From: Eledone cirrhosa
Lineage: Eukaryota
Length of the DNA: 64,000 bases
Direction of reading: 5' to 3'
Assembly: GCA_964016885.1 (NCBI GenBank)
Contig: OZ024741.1
Coordinates: forward strand, 182,094,001-182,158,000
Shown: piece after piece, positions 30,360 through 44,599 of the stretch
Layout: each line of letters starts with the position of its first letter
How positions within the stretch are numbered: position 1 is the first letter of the stretch
Program-made: the position numbers and the translations under genes
The notes under the pieces: model-generated
Seen by the model: only the letters and a program-made list of their open reading frames with translations
The model's database searches: none
What the model was told of the DNA's origin: nothing

Positions 30360-30605
30360 CATTAACGTGCAAGTAATTGAACATCCCACAAACACGTGTA
30401 TCCTTAATGTAGTTCTCGGGGAGATTCAGCATATCACAATGCCGGCTCTTCGAATCATTTTAAACATTTTTTTTTTTTTTTTTTTTTTACCAGCTGAATG
30501 GACTAGAACAAAGTGAAATAAAGTGACTTGTTTAAATACACTGAGAAACGAACTGCGGACCTTATGTGTGTGAGCCGAAAACCTTAACCACTACGCCACG
30601 CGCCT
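30360..30605 (-). mobile_element. tRNA-headed SINE family 2 (CORE-like), diverged
   Basis: Minus strand begins ggcgcgtggcgtagtggttaagg (A-box); related pieces at about 28640-28740, 36620-36900, 37740-38030 and 48590-48750. Confidence 0.6.
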
Positions 30606-30985
30606 CTAGTAGCGGGCGTTAAGGGAAGAATGACATTAAAAAAACACCTATAATGGAAGGAAGGGTATAATAGGAAATATTTAAGCAGTGGCTAAAATAA
30701 TATATATAGATGGGTGAGGTGGGAGTGGTGCAGGCAGCGCGTTTAACGGGGAGGGGGGAGACAAACAAATTTGGAAGAGATAAAGTGAAAGAGAAAAAGA
30801 AGTAGATAGAGAGAAATATTGGGAGAAGATTGAGGAAAAAGTGATTGAGGGGAGCGCAGGAGGAGTGAAAATAGTTTTTTAATACTTGAGACGGAGAAAC
30901 AGGCAGATTTGAAAGAGATAGTGATGACAATAAGAAAAGAAAGACAGAAAAAAAGAAGTATTGACGGAAAAATATAGTAACTGAT

Positions 30986-31027
<42 letters not shown>

Positions 31028-31225
31028 AAGAGAACAGAATTATAAAGAGGGGGATCAGAGATGGATATGGAATAGACAAATAGAGAGAGAGAGTAAAGGA
31101 GACCAGCAAGGATGAAACGAGAGGAGGAGAGTGTATATTATATGAATGGAAATAAATGTTTGAGTGTGTATATATATAGATAGATATGTGTGTGTGTACG
31201 TGTATACGCGTATACTATAAACATA

Positions 31226-31268
<43 letters not shown>

Positions 31269-31348
31269 AGGCATCGTTATATGTATGTATGTATATGGAT
31301 ATATATATATGTATATAATTATATATATAGGTATATATATATATATTA

Positions 31349-31431
<83 letters not shown>

Positions 31432-32024
31432 TGTGGTGTGTTGCTAGTTGCCTAGGCGTTTGTGAACGCGTGCATGGGTGTGCGCCTGCGCAGGTGTGTG
31501 TGTCTGTAGTATATGTTGGTGTGTGAAAATGTGAGCGCGTCCGTTTGTACATATATATGTAGTGGTTAGTTGTGCGTCTGTGTGTTGCAGCGCGTCCATT
31601 TGTACACATACACACGCACACACACACGCACACACACGCACACACACACACACATATATATATGTATTAGTTAATGTGTTAGTGTATTTATGTGTACGTA
31701 TATGCGTATATGTGTCCACTGTGTGTACGTGTGTCCGTGTGCATGTATATGTCCGTTGTGTGTTCGTGTGTCTGTTGATTGTATATATACATATATACAT
31801 ATATATTTATATGCTTCAGTATTGTTGTTGTATGTGTGTCCGCTGCTGTTAGTGTGTGAATGTCAGTAATCGTAAGGTTATGGTGTATTTCTCTTCGCTG
31901 TTCGTTCCTCCAGTCGTCTGTAAGGTGAACAAATCGAATTTGTTAGTCTTATAATGAGGCTAGCGAACGGCTGGTAAAAACAAGAGTTGGACATATTTAT
32001 ATCTCGTGTTCTGTGTATATATTG

Positions 32025-32110
<86 letters not shown>

Positions 32111-34338
32111 TATACATATATATACATATATATATACATATACATATATATATATACATATACATATATATATATATACACAATTTTTTTTCTCCCTTTG
32201 CACTCCTTCTTTCTTCAAACATTGGATCTCTACAGGATATCTATCTGTTATGTTGTTCCATGCTGGTTCGAATCTTACAATAATAACAGCTAAATTAATG
32301 TAAATACACAAAACACCTAAGATACCATCACATCAGTAAGTCACAAACAAGTTATTTTTCCTGTTTCTGTTTTTTTTTTTTTTAGTTTTTCTTCTTTTTG
32401 CATTTATTTGTTATAAGCCGGCGATTCAGCCATAAGAAGGATGTTTCATTTAATGTTATTTAATAATAATAATAATAATAATGCTTTCTGATCAGGACAC
32501 TAGGCCAGTAATTTTGACTAATGTGGGTTGGAGTGGGTGACGGGCAAAGTAGATTAAATCGACACAGTACTTGACTGGTACTTTGTTTTATCGACCCCCG
32601 GAAGGCTACTGAAAGACAAAAGTTGATTGCTGGAGTGTTGTAAAACGGAATGTAAAAAGCCAGAATAAATGCCGCAACACATTTCGTCCGACACTCTACC
32701 GATTCTGCCAGCCTAACAATGAGGATTTTTTTATTGTCTACGGCAGCCCGTATATAGGGACGCGAAAAATACAAAACAACAACAAAGAAATTAAATGAGA
32801 ATCGGAAACCTCCTACGTGGACACTCGATTTGCTAGAAATAGCAGCCAAATATATACCATATACCTTACCCTCTAAAAAAAAGTGAAATACACATTATGT
32901 AACGTAGTCTGGGGTGCGCTATGCTTCGAAAAAAAAAATGATAACAATAAAATACGATAAGAATCGGGAATGCAATGATTTGCTCATAGGTCGCCTGGAT
33001 AAAATGTGATCGGGGGCTAAACAACAATAACAACGGAAGGTTTTATTTACATCGTGTAAAACGAATGTGAAAACAACAGCTATAATGATAGTGTTTGCCT
33101 TTACTCACTCTGGACTCGGTAAAATAAAATACCAGTCATGAATTGTCCATATAATGAATACTGTTCCTCTCACTAAATTTCTGGCTCTCTGCCTATTTCT
33201 AACCTCACCCACCACCTTTTTTATTAATGTAATGATTTGATCGAGATGATAAAGGCACATTATTTGGTGGGTGTGTGAGCAGGAAATGACATATATCGAC
33301 CCCACTACACAACTGGTACTTGTTTTATCGACCTCAGAAGTATGAAACAGGTTACTGTTATTAAATAATTATTATCATGCAGCTTTCATTGTTGTTATTT
33401 TTGGTGGCGGTAGTGGTTTTTAACCCTGGGCCGACCCTGAACAAACAGATCTTATAATCCATGGATTTCCAGTCATGACCAACCCGTCGTATTTCTATGT
33501 ACAGGGAACACACAACCACATTGTCCAACACGTGTCCTATTTGACATCGGTTGAATGTATTTTGAGTGAGGTGATTTGGCAGCTATTTCTAGTAGGTCGA
33601 CCAACCATTTAATACTCTTTGTTGACTCGATTTTTGTATGGTGAACGAGGGCGGTTAATTCACAAAGTCGGTAGAGCGTCGGACAAAATGCCTTACGGTA
33701 TTTAATTATGTCGGAGTTCAAATCCTACCATGGTTTATCTGCATTTCATCCTTCCCGTACTGAGACCTGTTTCATTGACATTACTCTCTCCTTAAAGTTG
33801 TTGACCTTGTCCCGAAATTATTTTTCATGTCACTTTTTCTTTATTTTTTCTTCTCATAATCGCCACCTCCACCACTTCCAACACCAAGAACATCATAAAC
33901 ACCACCGCTTTACCAGCGCCACTACCACCACATATATATTTCTATTTAGTTTGTAGGACGGGCACCGTATATCTATATACATCTGAGGGTATACATAATC
34001 ATGTGTGCGTGTGTGCACGCGACTATGCATAATTGTACCTAACTATTAGTATGCATATTTGCACAGACAGACACACTCACGCACACACACATACGTATAT
34101 ATATATATATACACACATGCATACATAACATACATGTGTGTGTGTTATCGCTGATTTATGTAATTATATAATAATATACATTGTAAAATTGTCTATCATT
34201 AAACATAATTATGTATACCTGCACTCATATACACGCTATTTATGGTTTCATATGTGTGTATATATATATATACACACGTACATTTTGATTTACAAACACG
34301 TGGAAAAAGTGCTCAATATCAAAGTAGAGAATATATAA

Positions 34339-34550
34339 GGCGTGTGGCTGAGTGGTTAGAGAATTGGATTCGCAATCGTAAGGTTGTGAGTTCGATTCCT
34401 GGACCAGGCGATGCGTTATGTCCTTGAGCAAGACACTTTATTTCACGTTGCTCCTTCTACCTGGAGTTGCGACCGATAGATAGTATTAGCAATTGGAAAG
34501 ACCAACGGAAACATTGTTCCCTCGGTCCGATTTGACGAAAGTCGATCGTT
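34339..34550 (+). mobile_element. SINE family 2 head fused to a distinct tail
   Basis: TGGCTGAGTGG A-box, GAGTTCGATTCC B-box, tgtccttgagcaagacacttt; near-identical copy including the tail at 54165-54378. Confidence 0.8.
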
Positions 34551-34712
34551 CCTTAATATATATATATTCTCTACTTTGATATTGATTTATTGATATTGAT
34601 ATATATATATATATATATATACTACATTTGTGGATACTCTGAGTTTCGCGGGTTGCAGCTGTCTCGGGAATTTGCGAAACTCATAGTAACAACAAACAGA
34701 GTACTCTGAGTA

Positions 34713-34971
<259 letters not shown>

Positions 34972-34976
34972 GTGTA

Positions 34977-35112
34977 GTCCAGAATTAGCCGTCGAAACGG
35001 CTTGAGCTCAGCCGTCGGGGTCCTACTCGTTCCTATTACCCACTCTACTACCCTAAGTATTGAGTATTTTGGTGCGTTATGGTCCACCTGGTTCCTTACC
35101 ACATTTCCTTCG

Positions 35113-35115
<3 letters not shown>
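34977..35115 (+). mobile_element. Family B element without inverted arm
   Basis: gtccagaattagccgtcgaaacgg...atttccttcgtta between microsatellites. Confidence 0.85.
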
Positions 35116-35170
<55 letters not shown>

Positions 35171-35175
<5 letters not shown>

Positions 35176-35310
35176 AACACAAGAGCAAGAATGAAGGGTT
35201 CATTCTACTGACATGGCTATAAAATTGAGGCTTGTTTGCATAATTGCAATGGAATCGAATGTTATTATTACATTCATTGTATTCAGCCATGTAGGGCGAA
35301 ATTTTCTTTT
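35171..35310 (+). mobile_element. Family F (TA)n-embedded element
   Basis: atgccaacacaagagcaagaatga...tgtattcagccatgtaggg matches the arms of the palindrome at 55655-55716 and 57050-57278. Confidence 0.65.
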
Positions 35311-38300
35311 ATATATATATATATATAGGGAGGAAGAAAGAAAAATGCACATACATACACTCCAAATATAAAATGTGTATTGCATATTTATAAAACTAAT
35401 TTTATATTTACACACTTTTGACATTCGTGTTTATATATTTGCATAGAAAGTAGTTAGTTCGCGTGAAAGAGAACCTAGATGTTTTGACATTCATCTTCTT
35501 TTTAAGAGCGTATTATGCATGTCTCAGTCCATATGCATTCGTGTATGCGGATGTTGTCAGTCTGTGTGTATGTGAGAATATATAAACACACGTGCTTAAC
35601 TGTAGAGATCTTACGTAACATCACGTCCTCTACACACATCATCAATGCAATCAACATATGCATATTACATACACGCTCGCTCACAGATATCAACACACAT
35701 ATGTGTACTTGTGTACTTGTGTCTATGTGCTTATGCATGATTATATATCTATCAGAGAACGTGTTTATATATATATGTATGTGTGTGTGACTGTGTGTGC
35801 GTGTGTGAGTGTGTGTGAGTGTGTGTGGCGTGTGTGAGTGTGTGTGCGTGTGTGTGTATGTCGTAACTATATATATATATACACACACATATATATGTGT
35901 GTATGAATACATACATATATATAATCACACACACATGCACACAGACACACACACACACACATATGTTGGTTGTATTAGTGCGCGTGTCTGTGTGTGTGTG
36001 CGTGTGTATGTCGTAACTATATATATATATATACACATATATGTGTGTGTATGTATACATACATATATATCACACATATGCACACAGGCACACACATATA
36101 CTGGTTGTATTTGCTGAGGACGCGTGCTCATCGCTACATATCTTAAACAACGAAAATGTGTTATAGGAAATGACACATCCATTGGTACATTGAAATACAT
36201 CAAATACATATGTACACATACATATGCACAAACATACGCATACATATCAAACTGACAAGAGAGCCTCTACGTGTTCACTCGACATCCTAGAAATAGCAGC
36301 TAAATGCCTCTCGAATTATTTCTTTGTTCTTTTAGAAAATGATATATTGGTGAATGTTGTCGTGGCTTCGTTGCACATAGGGATAAGAACGGTTGTTAGC
36401 AACTGGAATTCCTTTCATAATTGGTATGCTCGATAAGGGTTGAGCAGTGGCTAAAAAATGCAATAGTGAGTAACAGTTCCCCCACATGAAATATACTTAA
36501 AACTAATTAGCCAGTATCCAATCCCATTTTAGATACTCCTCTCGTCCGCTTGAAATGGACATCCGTCGGTTTTCACGACGAGTGTTCTAGTTGTTTGATT
36601 AACGGTGATGCCTACTCATAAAATTAACGTGCAAGTGGCTAAGCCTTTCATAGACACGTGTACCCATAAGGTAATTCTCAAGGAGATTCAACGTGATATA
36701 GTGTTTGACAATGTTAGCTCTTTGAAACTAAGTCCATCCGACAGGCTTCTAAACAGTTTCCGTCTACTCAATTTCAATCCCAAGATTTAGATTGACCCGT
36801 TGCTATGATAACTGACACTTGCCCAAGATGACACACACTATTGTTTCGAATCAAGACCCTATAATTATGAAGCGAACTTTTTAACCATTCGACTATGCTA
36901 GGTCCACACAAATCTGCTTAAAATTACAGAAAATAACGTCTTTTTATGTTTTGTGTTAAAATTCCACAAAGACCCATTTATACTTTCCATCCTTCTGGGG
37001 ATCATTCATATGAAGCACCAATCAAACGGTGACGATTTAATCGACTTATCCAATTACAAAAACTTTTGATCTTGTGATAAATTTAGAACTCAATAGTTCT
37101 GAAAGAAATAAGAACTAAGGCAAAACGGTAAAAGAAAAATGCAAGCTTGGCCTTTTAGTTAAACATGGTGCTTTATGGCAACGGAATACCATTTTCGATC
37201 CCACGGAATGGTACTTTACTTATGGCTCTTTTATTGTAGTCTTGGATCGATCAAAGCTTTGTAATCGAAATTTGTTTTTATCCTAATATAATCAATAATC
37301 TTTTTTTTTCGTTCTTTGTGTCGATCATACCTTGTATAGGGTTCGATCTATTTTGCATTGATCTAACCGAGATATTACTCCAATAGACGCATAGATACCT
37401 CAGATATTGGGGAGCAATCAATGTTAGTCTGGCCCTGTTTTCCCCCACGAAGAGAAAGGAGGCGAAATTTTAGCACAGAACGCAAAGTATAAGAACTGAT
37501 ACGGCAGGCATCCCACCCAATGATTTAATGGTTTTATACTTTATTTACCGTTTACCGAAATGATGAACTGCAAATTTGACCTGGGTGGGATTTTAACTCA
37601 GAAAGTAGAGATTTGGAAGAAATGTCATAAAGCATTCTATTCGACGACTGCGCTAATTCGCCTTCTAATACGGAATGGAATGCATCTCTATTCATTTCGT
37701 CAATGCATATTCCAACTGTTCGATGTACGGAATCATCTGATGGTGAAATTAACTTGCAAGTGGCTGAGCATCCCACAGACACATGTAGCGTTAACGTAAT
37801 TCCCAGACAGATTCTGAATGACACAGTGTGACAAGTGTGGCCCTTTGAATTACAAATACAGTCCTTCCGACGATCTTCCAAACAGTCTATGCCTACCCAA
37901 TTTCATTCACAAGGCTTGGGTCAACCCGTGACTGTGGTAAATAATACTTGCTCAGGATTCCATGTGGTAGGATCGAACCCTGAACCTCATATCTGCGAGG
38001 CGGATACCTTTAACTTTCGACCATGCTACGTCTGCTCTTCTAATATAAGCAATCGATATTTTACATGGATAATTATATATCCCGTTTGTATTTGAAGAAG
38101 GCTATGGTGTATATATTCTCTCATGTTTACAATCATATAAATTACTGACAAATGAATGAATGAAATTAGATTCGTTATATCAACAACTTATAGTCATCAC
38201 ACAATAACAAGGATTCGTATGCTCTATGTCTTGTAATGTACCAGCTGGTACAGAATAAACATGTATTGACTCAGACATGGTTGAGTGGTTAAGATGTTTG

Positions 38301-39821
38301 CTTTGCAATCATGGAGTTCCGGTTTCGTTCCCATTTACTTATAATCAACTCAAGCCCTATACGGCAATTTGGATAAATGGAAACTGCATGGAAGCCCGTT
38401 GGATTGGTTATGCCTGCAATTCAAAAGGGTCAGGATGATTTTGCCTGGAAATTAAGTTAAGGATACACGTGTCTGTGGAATATTCAATCATTTACATGTT
38501 AATTCAAAAGTCGGACGTTCAATTGATCCCTCATCAGATGTACCGGGGTATGTGAGGATGGCATTTGTTTTGAGTAGTTTGGGATAGACTGGCTTTTGGT
38601 GTCAGTCTGTTATCGTGTAGTCTGTTTATATACAGAGCGTTTCTGCATTTCTAAATAATGGGCTTTAATGTTCTAGAATTTTGCAATGTTTAAAATACAA
38701 AATATCATCAAGTGATAGAGGAGTCATAAAGAAAGAGCATGAACTTACACATGGCATATAAATACATTAGAGTTAATTGATACCAGCATTCTTACGGGGT
38801 CGATAAAATAAAGTACCAGTAATGCACTGGGTAATTGCTGGCCTTGTGCCAAAAGTAGAAACAATTATCAACATCATCATGCCTCTGTTGCAGAGCTTCT
38901 TTTCACTGATTAGTTCACCAGCTTCACATGTGATAACTAACAGAGACACGTAGATCAGACGGTTTGGGGCGAGAGGTTTCGTTCATGTACTCATATAATA
39001 ATATTTTGTAACTTAACTCAAGGCAAGCAACTCGAAACGTCGGTAGATCGATTATAATAAACGCAGTACTTAACTGATATTTTTTTGACCTCGGATGGAT
39101 AAAAGGAAAACTTGACTTCAGCGGGATTTGAACATAAAATGTAAAATTATTTTGTCCAACGCTCTATTCCACTCACAGTATAATTGAGTAAAATTAACCT
39201 GCGTCTGGTTAACTAAAGTCGGGGCTTGAATTGACTCTACATTTATTAATACTCAGAGTTCAAATCCGTCCGGGTGTAGGACGAGATGTCTTGCTGTATT
39301 TATTTTTGCTCTTTGTCTCCTCAGTTCAAATCCACATGTAGCCTACCTTGGTAACCTGGTTTTATGGCGCCTTTGACAAAACATAGCATAGCATTGTCTT
39401 CACCAGGCCTAAGTCTAAACGATTAAACAAAAAACTGCTTCGACGATGGCTAAAATTTCCTATATGAATGATCCATCATTGTCATTTTTTCAAATGCATA
39501 TCAATCTCACAGGCTTTAATACATGTCTCTTTCTGTCTTCCGTCTTCCCAACGCCTTCTAAATATGTTTGAGCGAGGAAGAGCTGTACTTGTGCGTCCAC
39601 TGAGTTTATAATATATGTCGCAGAGTAATTGCTGGGTCATAGCGATCTCCAAGTAACCAACGAATAACTGGAAAGTGACATATGAAAGTCAACAACCTTC
39701 ACATCAATGAATATGTTTCAAAAGAAGAAAAAAAGATTTAATTGTATTTTAGAGTTTGTAAGCAGCTCATGAAAAATACGATTGTTATTGTGTGTGTCAG
39801 TAGATACTAAGTTAGAATATA

Positions 39822-41070
39822 TCTATATCTATATATATAAAACTGTTGTTGTCTGTGTGTGTCCTCATTTTTGCAAAGTCTATACAAATCTACATTTCAA
39901 CTCCGAGTGACTTCAAACTTGTATTTATATATTACTTGCGATCTAAAGATATTAACTGCAGCTTTTATGTTTCAATTTTCTGTTGTTAAAGGGGTGTTAG
40001 GCGCCGGTTATCCATCTCCGTAGCGCTCTTATAATATCTGTCTGTATGCCTGGTTGTCTGCATTACGACAGTCTGACGAACATTGATGACGTATTATGTT
40101 CGCTATTTTCCGTTTATTGCCAGGGAACATCTTCACGAACCAAAGTATCGTATTCCTGTTTTCCTTCGGTTGCAACGTTTTTCGAAATATTTACTTCTGC
40201 GTTCACAGATTAATGTTTTTAATATCAGATGATCCCGTTAAGGGTGAAAGCAACAAATTTGTGATTAAACTTTAATCTGTTATTTTAGTATATAATATAA
40301 GCGAGGCAAGCCAGCCCAGTTGCCACTTCTTGCCAATAAACATTAACTCTTTGTGCGCCATTCATCTAACTGTAGACCAACAAATACCAACTAAACGGAG
40401 CATTGACAAGAACGATGGCGAATGAATCTTGGGTGTAAGCAGTTTCCTCCCGAGCTGTTAGTTCACGCGAGATTCTCTGCTACACCTTTTCGTAATAATT
40501 GTTTCTACTTTTGGCACAAGGCCAGCAATTATCCCAGTGTATTATTGGTATTTTATTTTATCGACCCCGTAACGATAAAAGGCAAAGTTAACGTCGGCGG
40601 GATTTGAACTCAGGCCATAACGGGTCGTAACTCTTTGCTGCAAAGCATGGCGTCCGACCCTTTACCGATACTGCCAATCCACAGACCTACGCGAGAAATT
40701 CGCAAGGGACTGCACCCAGAGGGATAGAGAGAAAGAGTAACTTAGTGGAAAGAGTGCGATTGAACTTTTGAGGTAAGTAGCCTACGCCTTACTGCTATGA
40801 CACTGGAACCTTCTGCCTACTTAACCTGTGACTTTCTCTTTCACATTTACTCCAAAAGGTTAAAACAGAGGAGTATGAAAAGAATATTTCTATGAACAAT
40901 GCACGTAGACAGCTAAACTGTACTTTCAACTTCTTAATTTTCTCAAAATAAAACAAGTTTCCTGTCGGTATATTTTTGTGAGTTTTTAACAAAAATTCCC
41001 AAATAAACGTTTCTCATTGGCGGTGCTGTTACCAATGTCCTTACCACTGCAACGCCGGGATACATTGCTA

Positions 41071-41071
<1 letters not shown>
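39822..41071 (+). mobile_element. Non-autonomous Helitron (family H-related) containing a SINE
   Basis: A|TCTATATCTATATATATAAAA start, ctgcaacgccgggatacattgCTAG|T end; inserted at an AT dinucleotide. Confidence 0.7.
40495..40681 (-). mobile_element. SINE family 1
   Basis: Reverse-complement match. Confidence 0.85.
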
Positions 41072-41106
<35 letters not shown>

Positions 41107-41297
41107 CCTGGGTCCTGTATTTTCGTTGCTCTGGTAATGCGGTCGGACTGCCGACTGCTATATCTGATTTGCTAAGCTGTCTGAACGTAATGTTATTACT
41201 CTGGGGTCTTACATCATCCGAGTGCTAAAGCTACAGACCGATTATGCATATACGCTAGCTTGGCCGTATACTATAGCTTCGTCAATGCTGTACTAAA

Positions 41298-41365
<68 letters not shown>

Positions 41366-41491
41366 ACATATATATATATATATATGTATACATATATATA
41401 TATATATATGTATACATATATATATATATATATATATGTATACATATATATATATATATATGTATACATATATATATATATATATGTATAC

Positions 41492-41554
<63 letters not shown>

Positions 41555-41570
41555 TATAAATATATATATA

Positions 41571-42028
41571 TTACTAAATGGAAACTATATTTATAAAACC
41601 ATAATTATTTTATTATATATATTTCAAGGGCAACCAAGGCAAATTTTGGTGCGCTTTCATCAGATAAAATACAAATTTGTTTTATAAATATTGACATACC
41701 CGCATAAAGACAACCGCAACGGTTGAGACAACCTAAACGGTTGAGGTTCGCTCGATAGTCAGTATCCAGCGAACCTCAACCGCTAAGGTTGACTTTATGC
41801 GGGTATGTGAAATATTTATAAAACAAATTTGTATTTTATCTGATGAAAGCGCACCAAAATTTGCCTTGGTTGCCCTTGAAATATATATAATAAAATAATT
41901 ATGGTTTTATAAATATAGTTTCCATTTATTAATATATTGAATATTTACTACTCTAAATTGTTGAGTGCTTTATATCAGTTATAAAAATTCTTAAGCTCGT
42001 TGAATCCCAACCAATTAAATATAACTTC

Positions 42029-42032
<4 letters not shown>
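41571..42032 (+). mobile_element. Family C Penelope pLTR-like element with 5' fold-back
   Basis: Palindrome 41571-41932 plus a 100-bp one-sided extension; in (TA)n; non-palindromic relative at 55190-55580. Confidence 0.8.
41833..41896 (+). ncRNA. Type I hammerhead ribozyme motif, intact core
   Basis: attttat-CTGATGA-aag..ccaa..ttgg..ctt-GAA-ATATATAT-A-ataaaat; mirrored at 41607-41670 on the minus strand. Confidence 0.8.
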
Positions 42033-42083
<51 letters not shown>

Positions 42084-42238
42084 TAACTTAGTATCTACTG
42101 ACACACAAGTCCAATCGTATTTTTCATGAGCAGCTTACAAATTATAAAATACAATTAAATCTTTTTTTCTTCTTTTGAAACATATTCATTGATGTGAACA
42201 TTGTTCACACACACACACACACTGACACACACACACAG

Positions 42239-42319
<81 letters not shown>

Positions 42320-42324
<5 letters not shown>

Positions 42325-42337
42325 TCATCATCATATA

Positions 42338-42373
<36 letters not shown>

Positions 42374-42689
42374 CGAGTAAAATTCCCGAGATCCATAGAC
42401 GAGTTCTCTCCAGCGGTCTCTGTCCTTCATCATCGCCGCTATGTCTCCCAGAGACAAATGGGGCATCAATAGATGTCATCCGCTGTCTTCCTCTTCCAGT
42501 GTGTCCGTGTGGGGGCTACAACATGATCTCTGATTGCAATATCAATTCTGAATGTCGGTGAGCATGTCCAGCTATCCTCAGTCTCCTCTGTGGCACGTTC
42601 GAGTTGACTTTTGGGTGGCTCCCTTACAGCTCTGAGTTCTTCATCCTCAGTGTATACTGATTAATATTCAGAGCCATCCTCAGAATTCT

Positions 42690-42690
<1 letters not shown>
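42320..42690 (-). mobile_element. RTE-like LINE 3' remnant
   Basis: LGDIAAMMKDRDRWRELV (RTE C-terminal xMxDRxxWR motif), near an (ATG)n tract. Confidence 0.6.
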
Positions 42691-42737
<47 letters not shown>

Positions 42738-42741
<4 letters not shown>

Positions 42742-42933
42742 AACGAATAGGACCCCGACGGCTGAGCTCAAGCCGTTTCGACGGCTAATTCTGGGTCCAG
42801 AATTAGCCGTCGAAACGGCTTGAGCTCAGCCGTCGGGGTCCTACTCGTTCTTATTACCCACTCTACTACCCTAAGTATTGAGTACTTTGGTGCGTTATGG
42901 TCCATCTGGTTCCTTACCACATTTCCTTCGTTA
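42738..42933 (+). mobile_element. Family B element with inverted terminal duplication
   Basis: Palindrome centred on ctgggtccag; same body as the other copies. Confidence 0.85.
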
Positions 42934-42950
42934 TATATATATATATATAA

Positions 42951-43126
42951 GTAAGCAGGAGCAAAGTCAAGGTTGCACCATAAATGAATTTTATTGCATA
43001 TGACAATTGTTCCGATATCGATCAGCCCTGACTATAACGATCGAACTCTCAACTGATCGATATCGAAACAATTGTCATATGCAATAAAGTTCATTTACGG
43101 TGTAACCTTGACTTCTTCCTGCTTAC
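42951..43126 (+). mobile_element. Fold-back palindrome family D with half-hammerhead motif
   Basis: About 75-bp arms; GAA-ACAATTGT-C at 43065-43076 just 3' of the centre. Confidence 0.7.
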
Positions 43127-43303
43127 CTGTATTTATACTCTGCACGTTACAGCCATCTAAACCCTGGAGTACACTGAAGTGTAAACCCTACACGAGTCGG
43201 AACCTCGCAACACCATTGATTGTTTTAACCATTTAACCAACGAACCGCCTGTAACTATAGTTATGCGCACATCTACTACTACACACACACGCCCCCCCCC
43301 TTT

Positions 43304-43357
<54 letters not shown>

Positions 43358-43548
43358 AATTAATAAAAATAATGAATAAAAACAAAGAAACAGTTCCTTA
43401 TATTAAAAAATTCATCATTTTACGATCGTTTCTAGGATATATATGTGTGTGTTGGTATGTATATCATATAGATCTATGTAAAATTTGTACAAACTATCAG
43501 AGGGAATATACATACCTACACATATATATGCTGTCTTCAGAAATAATA

Positions 43549-43597
<49 letters not shown>

Positions 43598-43794
43598 GAA
43601 AATAAACGAACAAAACACAGGAGGCAATTGTACACAGTTATATGATGTTCACGAGGGAGAAAGTCCCTCTAAGTTGCTACACATACACACACACACATAT
43701 ATATGTATATAAGTAGATCGCATCGATTATTCAAAGGCCGTCCGTTGATAAGGAAACAATATTGTGATATTAGATTGTATGTAGTTGTGACCAG

Positions 43795-44010
43795 CTTATG
43801 TATTTATGTATGTATGCCATTAATTGTGAATTATTAATAATGTTATTTCGTGCAATGGCCATACTCGATAACGAGGGGCAGCCATCATGTATGTATATAT
43901 GTATGTAGGTAGGTAGGTACGTACATATGTATGGCATTAATTGAAAATTATTAATGTTATATCGTGCAATGGCCATACTCGATAACGAGGGGGCAGCCAT
44001 CATGTATGTA
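43795..44010 (+). repeat. Tandem pair (about 113 bp) of RTE-like 3' termini with (TGTA)n tails
   Basis: cgtgcaatggccatactcgataacgaggggcagccatcatgtatgta occurs twice; a third partial copy is at 44627. Confidence 0.6.
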
Positions 44011-44385
44011 TGTATGTGTCTGCGTGTGTGTATATATATGTATGTATTTGTATGTAATTTGATTGTTAATCTACCTTGTTTATGTTTGTGTGGGTGAGCT
44101 CACATTGGGAAGCATTTATGAACAATAAATGGTTATCCACCGGAGGTTGATATTCCCTATGTAAGACGAAATTGCTGGTGTTGCACATCAATTATATCGC
44201 GTATTAGGTTTCTCAAAGTCATCGTCTAAATAGAACGGAAAGAAATGATCGATTGATGCGATCTCCACCGAGAGATGAATTCCAACAATATAGAGTTAAA
44301 GGTATCTGAACTTGAAAAAACCCACTGTAGGACCATGTTTCAACGTTTGACCTATGCATTATTATATATGTGTGGATGAGCGTGA

Positions 44386-44599
44386 TGGATTGGTAGTATC
44401 AGTAGAGGGTCAGACAACATGATTCGTGGCATAGAGTTACGGCCCATTACGTTCTGGGTTCAAATCCCACCAATGTTAGTTTTGCCTTTCATCCTTACAG
44501 GGTCAATAATTAAAACACCAGTAATGCACTGGGGCCGATTTAATCGACTTTCCCCTCCTCCTTCAAATTTCTGGCCTTGTGCCTAAAGTAGAAACAATT
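44386..44599 (+). mobile_element. SINE family 1 (long 3' variant)
   Basis: Sequence match; flanked by direct repeat ttatatatgtgtggat. Confidence 0.85.

Noticed and set aside
34339-34410. tRNA gene
   Set aside because: A and B boxes are present but continue into a repeated SINE body with no proper acceptor stem; the same applies to family 1 heads
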